Source: Chrysomallon squamiferum (lineage: Eukaryota > Animalia > Mollusca). From it: 64,000 bases of DNA. Below are positions 1-13,269 of the stretch, in pieces. Position numbers and translations under genes: made by a program. Every line of letters starts with the position of its first letter. Position 1 is the stretch's first letter. Under the pieces are notes generated by a model. It was not told where the DNA came from. It was given only the letters and a program-made list of their open reading frames with translations, and made no database searches. The stretch lies in assembly GCA_012295275.1 (NCBI GenBank), contig CM022672.1, positions 16,678,001 through 16,742,000 on the forward strand. Direction: 5' to 3'.

Positions 1-172
1 GGAAGCAGTTTCCATCGAGTTTATTCATCGATGCGAGGAGAGAGCAATATTACACAACTAGTTTCTGCTATCGATTCGCCATTATGGAAACAAAAAGGCG
101 CTTGTATTCGTTTTGTATTTTAGTTGTTTTATTTTAACTGACGGAACTTTATATTGTAATTGTATTTTTCAG

Positions 173-649
173 ACGATGAACAAAGCGTATGGCTGGCAGA
201 CGACATGGACGCTGGCTCGTGCACGATGGATGACGAACTCAAAGTGGTGACAGTGGGGAGGGGTAAAGCACGGACACTCAGTTTTCAGGTGTTTGTCACT
301 AAGGTTAAGGGGTTTTTCAAATCAGCGTATAAAATATGTTCTTCTTTTATTGGTTTGTTACTTCTGCTGATCATCTATTCTTTCATTGGTGCGTTTATAA
401 TTCAGGCCGTTGAATTACCCCACGAACAAGCCGAACACGTGTTGATGCTTGAAAAAAGAAACGTTATTGTCTCGTCTTTTGGAAATTTATCAACACAGCA
501 TGTGAATGGTAAAATCAACCAGACCGTACTGGAAGGGAAAATGACAGAACTGTTGATTCGTTACGAGGAAGATCTCGGCATTAATTCTCAGAGTAAATGG
601 ACTTTTTGGGGATCGCTTTTCTACTGTGGAACAGTTTATACAACAATAG
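173..649 (+). CDS. K2P channel exon A (TM1, extracellular cap, pore helix 1)
   Basis: ORF 160-696 contains LLLLIIYSFIGAFIIQAVE...WTFWGSLFYCGTVYTTIG and is bounded by canonical AG/GT. Confidence 0.9.
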
Positions 650-759
650 GTATTTCTGTTTTGTTTTTCACTCTCTCTCTTCTCCCCAGATATTAAATGG
701 AATAATTATGTTAATATAAATACATAACCGGTTTAAAAATATCCACCACCACCACCAGC

Positions 760-798
<39 letters not shown>

Positions 799-1368
799 AA
801 TAATAATCAATTATTAAGTAACTAAGTAAATATTAATAACTATTTGGCGTCAGTCTTACATTTTCTTTTGTAAATTATAAACGATTATGTGAGGCTGACA
901 ACATTGCCAGGGCAGTATGGACTATATGTCATAGATAAATTATAAAGGGCCGTTTATAAGCAATATTCCCCAAACGGGAAAATTTATGCCACGATCCTTA
1001 TTATTTTGGTCATGAAGCACTAGCTGGATCAAGAAACAGCCCCGTGAACTCATACATACGTGACATTCCAAACCCTGTCACAAATCAGGTACACGATTTT
1101 AATTTGAGCTTCAACTCGCCCAGCTATTAAGAATGTTCTCGTTGGCTAAAATCAAATTTTCTTCTTTTAATGAGTTTTCTGCTACCAATTCTTTTTGTTT
1201 ACTGAAAATGAAGCCCTGTTATAAGATAATTTCGATTCTGGAATTTGAGAAGCCGTTGTTTTTAAACATTTACAAACAGAAACCAGACCTTTTCAATTAA
1301 ACAGGAGACACTGTCAAGAAAATGAAAGAATGTTACATCGAGATTAGAAATAATACGTGAAATAATAA

Positions 1369-1439
<71 letters not shown>

Positions 1440-2815
1440 TTCCTTATCTTAATCTGTTTATATAATGATTGTTTTAAATTTCAGAATTTAAATTAACAAG
1501 TTCTGTATAGCTTAATTATACAAGGTTGTATAATTAAATAAAATATATTATTTATAAATAACGAGATAAAGTGATACCAGTATTGATTCATTACTTTTAT
1601 ACGCTATATTATAACCTCGAAATTAATATCATGTATACAAAACTAGATCTATGAACAATTTCTATACTTTTTAATATATATATATATACAGACACACACA
1701 CACACATACATATATACAACACACACACATACATACATACATACACACATACATACATAAATACATACATACATACCTACCAACAAACAGATACATACGT
1801 ATGTATGTATGCGTAACATAACAATCGCTTTTTGAAAAATAGCTTTTATTATTAACCCCATATAATCATCCTAAATGAACTATTTTCTGTAAAGAAAAAT
1901 GAAAATGCTTAGAAGGATTTTGGAATTATTCGTTTTAGATAATACATATGAATAACTAATGTAATACCATTTCTAACGTACAAAAGAAAGACGTAGATAG
2001 TCTACAAATAAAAGTGCTACCTATATAGTTTTACACATATCTACATATTTGTGTTCATATTTGCAGGTTACGGTCACACTGTCCCAGCTACGACAGCCGG
2101 TCGTGTCGTAACGATGGTGTACGCGACTTTTGGAATTCCTCTGGCATTAATCGTTTTGGCGGATATGGGGAAAAAAATGATGGTTGGAATAAAATTCTTA
2201 TGGTCACTTCTGCGACGTTTCACAAAGAAAAAGCGCACCAAACCAAGGAAACAACTTGCCAGAAGTGAAAATGATTCTGTCGAAAAGAACAATGTCAGAC
2301 CGGTGATAAGCGATAATGTTGAAAACTTAAATGAAGTTCCACCAAATGCTGATGCTTATGAAGGCGAGGACGAACACGTTGACGAAGAATTCAGTTTACC
2401 TTTCATTGTGGCCATAATCATCGTCGTCATATACATTATCCTCGGCAGTTTCATGTACTTACTCTGGGAAACCAAATGGAATTTCTTCTCTTCTTTTTAT
2501 TTCATCTTCATTTCAATCAGCACCATTGGATTTGGTGACGTTATTCCAGAACATCCGAAATACTTTCTGCTTTCATCGATTTATATTTTCATTGGACTTT
2601 CCCTCGTGTCAATGTGTATCAATGTTGCAATAGAGGTTTTCACTAAAACTATAAGCAAGGCCAAAGAGAAAATAGAAGGTGTTGGTAAAACCTTAGACAG
2701 AGCCAAAGACTCTGGGTTAGAAAAAATGCAAAGCGCGAGTGATAAGCTGAATAGGGTAAAGATGAAAATGACCCTGTTCTCCAGAAATGGCAATACCGAT
2801 TCTGTGGAAAGTTAG
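173..2815 (+). CDS. Two-pore-domain potassium channel (K2P; TWK-18/KCNK18-like), copy 1; two visible coding exons 173-649 and 2067-2815
   Basis: Exon A (acceptor tttttcag at 171-172, donor G|gtattt at 650) encodes TM1, the cap and WTFWGSLFYCGTVYTTIG. The phase-1 splice to ttgcag|GTTACGGT (2067) rebuilds the P1 filter TIGYG. Exon B encodes TM2 (GRVVTMVYATFGIPL), TM3, P2 (STIGFGD), TM4 and a TAG at 2813-2815. The start codon is uncertain: either an ATG at ~205 or an upstream exon. Confidence 0.93.
943..1050 (-). mobile_element. Degenerate MetaSINE-like fragment (duplicated at ~51525-51620; others at ~38290-38385 and ~45445-45535)
   Basis: aaagggccgtttataagc...atgccacgatcctt...gcactagctggatcaagaaacagccc is the reverse-complement pattern of the 29461 fragment. 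Confidence 0.4.
2067..2815 (+). CDS. K2P channel exon B (GYG, TM2, TM3, P2, TM4, C-tail)
   Basis: ORF 2051-2815 has GYGH, STIGFGD and the expected hydrophobic helices; acceptor ttgcag at 2061-2066. Confidence 0.93.
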
Positions 2816-4978
2816 TACAGACAACTCTGATTGCTTATATTTAGCAAAATTGTCCGAATTAATTCCCTTTCCGAGGAAAAGGACGTGCCTGAACAATAAA
2901 GCGCCTTTAATAGTGATTTCGTTAACGTAAAAACAATTGCTCTTATTATTATTATTTTTCTATCCCGCCCAAATTTTTAAAGTAATTTGCAGCTTAGGTC
3001 TACGCCTTGTTAATAGACACTTAATGTCAGCAAAGTACTGAATAAATATTTTGTTGTGATTTGTTGTGGTGCTGCTACTGAAAATATTAAAACCTGATCT
3101 TTATATGTATGAACTCACTGTCGTTTTAAATCAACCAGTTTTTCAGTGTCATCGATATGTAGCTGTCCACTTTTTATTTCTTTCTACAGTGTGTGCGAAA
3201 GTGAAATCCTGTCCTCACTTTTAAATGGCGTCTAATTTTTATTGGCGCTTTAATTTTAGAATTTTGTATTGTTGTTGTTTATTATTATTATTATTGTCTC
3301 TAATTTATGTTTTGATTATCGATAGAGTTCTGTCGTTTTGGTATCTGTTTCAGTGTTTTTCAGAAATAAAAAAAAAAAAAAATAAAGTGAACTTTGTCAA
3401 TTTTAATGACCATTTTATATTTTAACTAGTATCAGTAAAAATAATAATAATAATAATAATAATAAATATATAAATAACTAAATAAATAAATCGTAGGAAA
3501 ATATTGAATAAAACCTCTGCTGACAAGGCGTAAACCGCAAGTTTAACACATTTTCATTACATAAAATCTTTCAAATAAAACGTGTTTGTGCGAACATTTT
3601 ATTTCTCTAGTTATATATCTTATTGTAAACCGATACTGAGTGTGTATGTACATAAAAGTTATATATAAAATAAAATAAAATTCCGTTCAGTCCACGTGTG
3701 AGGTTGAATAATTCTAACATTACCAATGAGGACACGTGTACAAACTGGTAAACAAACAAGGAAAGAATTTTTGTTTTCAGAATGCTCATAAATTTGACAT
3801 TATCTTTGTTCAAGACTTATAAGTAAAAATGTTTTGTATTCTTGAAGTCATTTGTATTCTGTCCCCGACTGTTCTCTTCATCTTTTATATATTTCGTTTT
3901 GTTTTTTTCTTTTTCTGTTTTATGACTCTTGCATTAATCAACTATAAATGTCACTGGACTATAAATTAAATTAAATTAAATTAAATTGAAAATGAAGATA
4001 TTAATATAATTATGTCTGGGTCATTCAATAGGTGGATTACGCGTGTATGGGTGCATGTGTGTGTTAGTGTGTGTGTGTGTGTGACCAGTTTTCCCTAATG
4101 AAGGGATTGTTTTAATATTATAAATAAAATAAATTTTAATTAAGGAAGTAAAACTTTTGACAAATATATATGACGCACAGAGAGACACATATAGGAATAT
4201 CTCCAATTATGATTACTTCGATCAAATTTATGATTATTAACATTTAGGAAATTAAATTTTCAACATTGGCCACAACATTTAGGAGGTATTTTGTCATGGA
4301 ATTTTTTTTTTTTTTTTTTTTTTAATGAACTATCAAAACCCAAAAAAAAATATTATTTACAAATATAGGTTATGACACGAAATATACTACATATCAAGAC
4401 AACATTTAAGCAAAAAAAAATATTTATTGGAAAGGAAAAAAAATGGAATTGTTAAATTGACTGAATAAAATAAACGTTAAATGAAACAAGTCCTACAATA
4501 GTCCATGTTGGTTTTAGAAATAAATACAACAGACTCCAGTTTATATATATATATATAATAAAACCCCAAAACCAACAAAAAAAGAAACAACACAAAACAC
4601 TGGCATGAAATAATTTTAATGTAATAATCATTTTACTCTCAACGTGCATCTTTAACAATATATTAATTTGGGTTATAAGTCAAGCAAAACAACAAACAAA
4701 AATACATTTAATCTATAAATTTCTTAGCTTTTTATGTGTAGGTATAATATACCTATAATCATGCTAAAGGAAATAAAAATCAATCTAATTTATATACAAT
4801 GAAAATGATAATTTTTTAATTAATAATAAAAAGACTGGAGATTTAACTCCTATCAGTACTATTTACACTGTTACTGCTGCATCTGTAATGATTAATAATT
4901 ATCATCGTCGTCATCATCATCATTTCATTTTCATCAGAAATAGCTTCTCTTGTCATTGCTGTGTTATGAACATGAATT

Positions 4979-5189
4979 TTAATTCAGATGGGTCTCTGAG
5001 TGGACGTTTGGAAGGCTAACTTTATCTTCATAGTGTAGTGTTTTTGTTTCAAAATTCTCCCAAGCAGTTTTGCGGTGTTGTAACTTTCTAAAGTTTCCGT
5101 CGACTTCTGGTTTCGCTGGGTAGGATATGGCAGGTAGTTCATTCAGTTCATTTGCTGGAGTATTTGGTCGCGTGACTGCTTTTCGACGA
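4979..5189 (-). CDS. Gene B last exon, cytoplasmic tail
   Basis: Acceptor ttttag at 5191-5190 and phase-2 join to the TM exon; RRKAVTRPNTP...ETHLN-stop. Confidence 0.75.
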
Positions 5190-5626
5190 CTAAAAGTGAA
5201 AAGAAAAATAAATAAGGCGAATATAACTATGTTAAAACAAGTAAATATTATTAGGTCTATGAACAAACGGTGGCATGAAAATAATTGTAATTATGAATAT
5301 ACAGTTACAGGCAAATACTAGTATTATTAAAAATATAGCTTGAAGCAAATATAATAATAAGCTTAGTTTGGCTATGGTTCTTGTATTTAGCTGTGTTTTC
5401 AAGCAGAGGCATATTACGACAGTTAATAAAACCAGTCTGTAATCTTAATTACCTGAACACTGAAACACATCGAATTTATTAAACGCATTGGAAAAATAAA
5501 ATTTATTCCTCATTTTGGCTTTATTATATGATTTATCTTATACTAATATCAAAAGACACCAAACGATAATGAAAAATAATACTGAATAGATTCAAATCAT
5601 AAATGTGATTTGTTAATCATACTCAC

Positions 5627-5717
5627 GTGAAATTTCTGACCAAGAGAAAGGTTAAAATCACTATACTTATTAAGAGGAATGTCACCGAAACAGATACTGC
5701 GATGACAGTGATGTTCG
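5627..5717 (-). CDS. Gene B transmembrane exon (absent in this frame from the ORF track)
   Basis: atttcag|...|gtgagt encodes SNITVIAVSVSVTFLLISIVILTFLLVRNFT; conserved in the duplicate at 56511-56601. Confidence 0.8.
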
Positions 5718-5968
5718 CTGAAATCAACGAATAAGGGGGTAACAAATATTATATAGGTTCGATCAAATGAAAATACTAAATAAAATTTTATAGTATTCAT
5801 TATAATACTCTTCAGCTTTCCAATTTTTTTTTTTATTGTTAAAGTTGGAGTGTTGGAGCTGTCATGAATGAAAATTGAAATGTAATTGTGAATTTAACAT
5901 TAAATTTTAAATACATCGAAATGAAAAATATCAGGTTTTAAAAAGAAAAACTTTGCAGTCTGATATTA

Positions 5969-6011
<43 letters not shown>

Positions 6012-6692
6012 AAAGAAATAATTTAGACATTACTTACAGGATGCTGGATTCGAAAGCTGTTTGACTGAAAAATAAAAATAAAAATAGAACTCATGAGATT
6101 TCTACTTATTTTTCACTATTGACTAAATTATACCTATGAAAAAAATACAAAGGATTCTAGCAAACACTTTTCAAAATAATCGACTTCTGTCTCTGAAGTT
6201 GATTATAGTGTAATTGTTATTAGTAAATTAAATTAGGGGTATTTAAAGACAAATATAAATTCCACAATAAGTGAATAGACAGTTTTTAATTTTAGGATAA
6301 GATTAAAAGTAAAATATGCTTAAGATTAAGATCAGCACGAGATGAAATTAAAATATTTTAAATTATTAAAATATTTAGCCTTCATTTGAAGAAATTAAAC
6401 TATTCATATTCTAATTACAATCTGACCTTATTACACCATTGTTGAAATTTCAAAAATTTGGATATATCTGTCATCGATCAACACATATTTAACATTTTAT
6501 TTTGTTTTGTTTTGAAGTCTAATTAAATATAAGAAATTAAATTATATTAAATAAACTTTTGTAATTATTTTTAGAATTTAGAAAACAACAGAGCAAGGGT
6601 TTATAAATTGCTGAAATTTAAATTGTCTTAAAACTATTTTGTGGTCTTAAAACTTCACTTTGTTGTTGTTGTTTGTTTCATTATTATTGTTG

Positions 6693-6744
<52 letters not shown>

Positions 6745-7744
6745 GCTCATCACTGTTTTTCTTTTTGTTGTTTTTATTACTTTTATCATTGTTGTTTTGT
6801 TCTTTCTGTTATTATGATATTATTATTATTATCATTATCATTTTTTTATAAATTCCTTTTATTAAATAAAATATATATGCCATGCATACCATAGCAATCA
6901 GAGATATCTCTCGATCCTGTGCTGTCTGTTGTCCATCCGTCTGGACACTGTTCACACTGAGTCTGTCCTGTCTTGTTTTGATAAGATCCACGACCACAGA
7001 GCACACAAGCATTTAATGAGAAAAATGAACCTTGGCCACAGGGGACTGAAAACAAACAAATGAAAGTACAAAAACCAGAACATTTCAATGCTATAGATAT
7101 ATACGTATATACACACAGAGATACTACATATATACATCCATATGTACATACATACATCCATATATACACACGTACGTACATCTGTATGTACGCACATTGA
7201 TTATATACATACATATATGAATACAAATGAGAAATACAAAATGCATTTACACACATACCCACACACAAAAATATATTTATACCACAACAAAAACAAAAAA
7301 ACAACAACAACATAGACACATAGGTGTTTAGATAATCTTGATGTTGTGTAAATAAAATATTTAGCAGCATGTATAAAACAATCAGGCAACTGGTTATACT
7401 AACTACAGAAATAACTGTAGCTGATCATTCCCTCTGAACAAGAAACATCTCCAACTACATCAGACTGGTTGACTTCAACATAGTATGAGATTCCACCAAT
7501 GTCTATTGTAAAACGACCAACTTCTGCATTCTCCTGTAGACGTTGCATGGCTGATTCCAGCAAAGCAGCACTTTCTGGACGTACAACTGAAAACAGAATA
7601 TATATACATTTGTTTTATAAAAGACATCTTTACTTAATCAGCAGAATACATAAATAAATTAGTTTTTCTTCTCACAAATACGTAGTTAATAATGTGAAAT
7701 GAACTATTTTTCTGATCAGTTTTGTGTGCTCTCTAACAACAATA

Positions 7745-7900
7745 AATTACTATTATTACCACTGCTGCTGCTACTACTGCTACTCCCTCTACTGCTAATA
7801 CTACTACTACTACTATTACTACTACTACTACTACCAATACTACTACTACTACTACTACTACTATTACTACTACTACTACTAATAATAATAATCATAATAA
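7745..7900. repeat. (CTA/CTG)n compound microsatellite (copy at 58660-58840)
   Basis: Direct reading; source of the spurious poly-Leu/poly-Ser ORFs. Confidence 0.9.
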
Positions 7901-8626
7901 TATATTTTTCAAACTAAATATTTCGATAAGATATAAACAAAGCTCTGCTCAGGAAAAATTGAATATTTATTTAATAATAATAGTTTTTCAACTGATATTT
8001 ATTTATTCATTCATTCATTTATTCATTGTTTTATTATAACATATATTCTATTATAAAACATAATACTTCTTAGATCCGAAAATTATAATTGTTAATATCA
8101 CATAATTACTAACACGATGAATGGATTAATACCTTTGTTTTTTAGAGTCACTGTAAAGCCCATGTTATTTTCTGATACATCTCGTTTTTGTCGTTCAGTC
8201 TCGGAACATCCGACATTAATGTCATCCACAGAACATTTAGCATCCTTTACGCATTCTATATCTGACTGGACAACAGTTTTTACAAGTTGAGACACTATAG
8301 ACCTCGCTGCTTCATTTTCACCACAGTGAAGATCTTTGTATTTTACATGGTAGGTGGCTGAGATCTCATTAGCTGTATGGATCTCTGAATAAAATAAAAT
8401 TTCCATATTTAGCACTAAGCATTTCAGTAAGCTACTCTAAAAAATCTAGATAACCAGTATTAAAGTATTCTGGTTTTAATCAGTTATCTTTAATTAATAT
8501 ACCTGATGGATAAAATTCGAATAGTTTCAATATACATCAACAAAACAACTAATCTAATATTTTTTGTTAAACATGTGGATTATTATCTACTTAGTAATTA
8601 TCAGAAATATGGAGTTCTCAACTTAC

Positions 8627-9803
8627 TGGAACAAAATGGAAGTCTTCTGTGAGGATTTTCTTTGGTCTCGAAGTTCCAAACGTAAGCCGTTTCCTTGCCA
8701 CAGTAGTAAGAACTCAGAGCTGGTATGTCCGGCATGAATCCGTCGTCACAACCAAAAGTGCAGTTAAACAACTCAGTGGAGTTCTCACACGTGAGGAAAC
8801 CGTTACTCGGTGCAGCTATTTCCTTGCAAACTGTTAAATAACAAACGTCTGTTACACACTGGAAATGTAAAGTCATTTATACCTCTACCGAATCTGTTTC
8901 AAAACATGAGAAAATCACTTATGAATTTGCGACGTTCATCATTTAAAAGAAAGTTTGGTAAGCTGAACAGTATTTTTATATTGCCTCACTACATATATGT
9001 TAATAAAATCAGGTTTTCGCACTCACATGGACAAGCAGTCTCATTGCAGATGTCTTGTTCTGTGTCTGAACCATCGCATTCCCTTCCTCCGTTGTCTGGA
9101 CTAGGGTCAGTGCAAGATCGTTTCCTTGTTCTGATGCCAACTCCACAGGACACGCTGCATGTTGACCAGTCTTCCCATTCAGCCCATGATCCATGAACTA
9201 CAGAGAAGCAACAACAAGAATAAATGAACCATAGAAATGATGACAACAAAATACATTATATTAATAAAAAAAATACTTGTATATAAAAAATAAAAAAATA
9301 ATAAAATCTGTGAACTGTAAGAACAATAATAAAAATTCATCATATAGTTTAAAATGTTTATGAAATAAACTTATGCGTTATTTAGATAGAGCCATTACTA
9401 TTAGGTAAATTCCTTTTCATAAAATAACATAATAAATGAAAAACGTTTCTTGAAAAAATGAATTATTGATAATAAAAAAATAGAGAAGACTTAAAACTGC
9501 CTAATTAATTTTGTCATTGATTACATCTGAAATAAACACACACACACACACATAAAATAAACGAATACGCACTGACGGCTATCTCACAAAGTTCCCCAGT
9601 GAAAACATCAGAGCATGCACATTTAAAACCACCAACTTGATCAATGCACGTCCCGTTATTTTCACACATGTTCTCCAGACAGTTGTCGATATCAGTTTCA
9701 CACTGGTCCCCTTCATAACCAGGATCACACTGGCAGTTGTAAGAGTTGAGATCGTCAGTGCAGTTGCCGTGGTAGCAGGGACTGCTTAAACAATTGTTAA
9801 AAT
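8627..9803 (-). CDS. Gene B exons: two EGF-like domains (9803-9573), TSP1 (9197-9027), sushi (8830-8627)
   Basis: DFNNCLSSPCYHGNCTDDLNSYNCQCDPGYEGDQC; HGSWAEWEDWSTCSVSCGVGIRTRKRSC; CKEIAAPSNGFLTC. All are phase-1 symmetric exons. Confidence 0.9.
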
Positions 9804-11509
9804 CTACAAAACCACGAATAATCTCTAATTAAATCAAACACATAGCTTCAGATAATAATAATAATAATAAGAAGAAGAATAAAAGTAATAATACTGTTAC
9901 TATTACTATGATTACTACTACTACTATTACTACTACTACTACTACTTAAAAAAAAAAAAAATAATAATAATAAAGGTTATTTTGAAATTTAAATAAAAAT
10001 CAGAATACTGAAAAATCTAAATTCACTAACCATCACATTCACTGGGATAGCTCACTGCAGATTCTGTCAAATTGGCAGTCACAAATTTCCTCCAAGGAAG
10101 TTTATCTCCAGTTTTATCACTTCTGCATGTTGGTGAAGATGGCAGCAGTGACATGTCTGACCAGATGTTGAACTGAGAAACCGATCCAGAGAATGAATTT
10201 CCTGAAAAACAAATACACAGACAAATGTTCTTCGTTTTCCCACGTAAGATACCATTTTGAGTATAATCAGACAACTGCATAATGTTAAACCATAACATTA
10301 TAATAATGTTCAATAACAATAACATACTCAGCAGCTGCTGAACTATATTAAATAATAATAATAATCATAATAATAATAATAATAATAATAATAATATGTT
10401 TATTTATTTTTATTATACTTAATTCATTTATATTATTTGTACTACTTCAATCTTATATTGTTAGAACTCAGATTATGATATTAAGAATCTGCGACAAAAC
10501 TTTTAAACGACAAAAACAGAAACAAAATCCCCATCTTTGCAGTCGTTTTGTTGGATTACCCGATGTTAAATACACTGAAGAAAACAACATATTAAAAACA
10601 ATTGTCTCACCTCCTATTACTACTCGTGATACATTTTTATTTTCTTTCATCCACGTCAGTTCTTTTCTAATTCCTACTTCACCATCCACAGACACGAGGC
10701 AACTTGTACGGTTGATGTCAATTTTAAGAAAATGCCAGAACTCGTCTGTGATGTTAACCCTTGTGTTATATTCTTCGCTATAAAAAACATATTAAGCGAT
10801 TCTTCATAACATTCAAACATTTATTTTGGATATTATCAAATAAATATAAAATACCTGTTTTTGCTGTTTGGCTCATATTAATCCTTTTTAAAAACAATTT
10901 TAGAATATAATTATTTTTTCATTACGGATATGACCTCACTGGAGGACCCTGAGAAATAAATTTATGGATTCTAAGTTTTAATCTTGAGTTTGTCTGTCAG
11001 TTACCTGTTGACAGTAATGTAAGAAGAATTCTTGACACTAATCACCAGCCACTCGCCCTGATTGTCATCCAGGAAAGTTGTTATCTTCTTTTTTTCTGAA
11101 TAATTTGTGCGTATCCACCAACTGATGACAAATCTGTTTTCAAGATGAAGATCAACTGTTTCTAATGAGACTTGTGAATCTGAGGTGTTAGATGGTTCAA
11201 AATCAAGATCAAACTCTACAAAATATTTCATATATCAGTTATTAGAAATTAATAATGCACACTAATCTGTTCTTTAATTAATATAATATTTTTTGTTAAG
11301 AGACATACCGGTACATCCGGACACTGTAGCAGTACCCTGGGATGTAGTCGTCATGCTGCCTGGACATGCAATGCACGTGCTTTGTCCCTGTTCTGGCTGG
11401 TAGGTACTCAGTTCACAGGGTGAACATGGAACAACGCCAGTTCTAGACATGTAACCAGCTTGACAGGCCACTATAAAATAAGTAAAGAAATTCTGTATGA
11501 AATATGACA

Positions 11510-11960
11510 GCTCTGTAACAGTAAATTAAAACCTGGGTACTACAACTGACTAAATTCAGCAAACTAAGAAATAACTGAGATCAGTAGTCTAAACAAAAGT
11601 TAATTAAAATTAGTAAACTAAACTGTAACTAACAGACATAGGTAAATTAAATTATAACTAACAGCAATACAAAATATACAGAAATAAGTATTTTACATAA
11701 TAGTTTTACAACTCACTACTATAACTAAAATAAAGATCAGAAAAAGTAAATAATAACTGCCAGTAATAAGTAAATTTCAACAGTAGCTAACAGTTAATAC
11801 CAAATTATATTATAACAGAAATCAGTACGATAAATAACGAATTTTGAAAATCACGGAATTAAATAATAAATACCAGAAACCAGTGAACCAACTAACATCA
11901 GAGATGAACAAATTTAACATTAACCAACCAAGTAACACAAACGAATAACACAAACAAAAT
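11510..11960. repeat. Degenerate A-rich minisatellite (aactaacagaaatcagta-like), duplicated at ~62530-62990
   Basis: Recurrent ~25-30-bp aac..agaaatcagt motifs. Confidence 0.55.
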
Positions 11961-13196
11961 AAATAGACACTGACTACACACACATTTTAAAATTGATGAC
12001 TACTTACTTTGACATGATGCTAAATCTGTACTTCCCTTGCTAACAGTAGTTTTACCAGATGGACACCGTTGACACGCAGTTTTTCCTTCACTGTTCTGAA
12101 ACTTTCCTTTTGCACACAGTACACACATGTTGCTTGACAGATTATGAAATGATCCTTTATCACATGGATCTGAAATAGAATATTACAACTGTTGTTGAAA
12201 ATTGCCAGTTTTATTATATTCTCGTATCATAAACAAACATTTCGGAATTCTGTTGATGAATTTAATTCTACTAACCAGTCCATTTATTCTTAGTTTTATT
12301 GGTTTTACATACTTTTTCTTTAATTTGTATTTGATTGTTGTTCTTGCTGTATGTTTATGAGTTTTATTAAAATTATTATTATTATTATTATTATTATTTT
12401 ATTGTTCTAAGAAACTAATGGTTCTTGTGATTTAAAATTTCTGTATGTTCACTGAAAATAATACATAAATTGATACTATTGCCAGTCTTTAAAACAAACT
12501 CACCACATTTGAAAGTTCTGTAATTTGGAAGGTGACCAGACGGGCACGAGATGGTCAAATTACCATTTTCCATGGATACAAATGTCAGATTACGTCCTTG
12601 CTCAGTACTGTTAACTGCTTTCTTTACACCATTCATTACATCAGCAACCCAAGCGTTGATCTCAGAGTTATCATCAACATTCTTTATGTCAAAGGAAAAT
12701 GTCACTTCGATGCTCAGTTCTCTGGAGCCTGCATCAGTGGCTCGTTTTCGACGCGTGCTTGCACCGCAGACAACCTGTTAATATAACAATCGTTTAAAAC
12801 ATTCAATGAACATTTCTGTAGAATGTATTTAAGCTATTTATTACAGGTATCAGGAATATACTTTGCATTAAGTGTGAAAAAAACTCATTAATGTTTAGAA
12901 ATAATCAATAAATTATTCATTCCATGACCAAACAAATAAATAAATAAATAAAAATAAAAATACTTTAACATTTTCCATAGTGCATTTCTTGTATAGAGAA
13001 CAGTCGATTTGGCCTGTGGTGCCTAATTCTGATAAAAATTTCTTCTTGATTTCTTCTAAGGTTTCTTTGCTTTGACAGTCTCCATTAAAATAATAATTCA
13101 GCATCATCCTGTATTTCACTTTTTGTGCTCGTCTCGGTTCTGTGAAATATATATCATAGTCATCATCATTTTATCATTATCATCATCTTCATCATG

Positions 13197-13244
<48 letters not shown>

Positions 13245-13269
13245 TTAATTAGTACTGGTTTTTACTTAC

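Noticed and set aside
84-137. ATG at 84 as the K2P start
   Set aside because: The frame stops at 135-137, and the nearby GT donor gives a phase incompatible with the acceptor at 172.
2074-2793. Antisense ORFs over K2P and receptor exons
   Set aside because: Shadow frames of real coding exons with no independent features.
6660-7917. Poly-Leu, poly-Tyr and YVCM-type ORFs (also 1649, 21245-21564, 30379-30674, 35340-35621, 57543-58855)
   Set aside because: Translations of microsatellites in introns.
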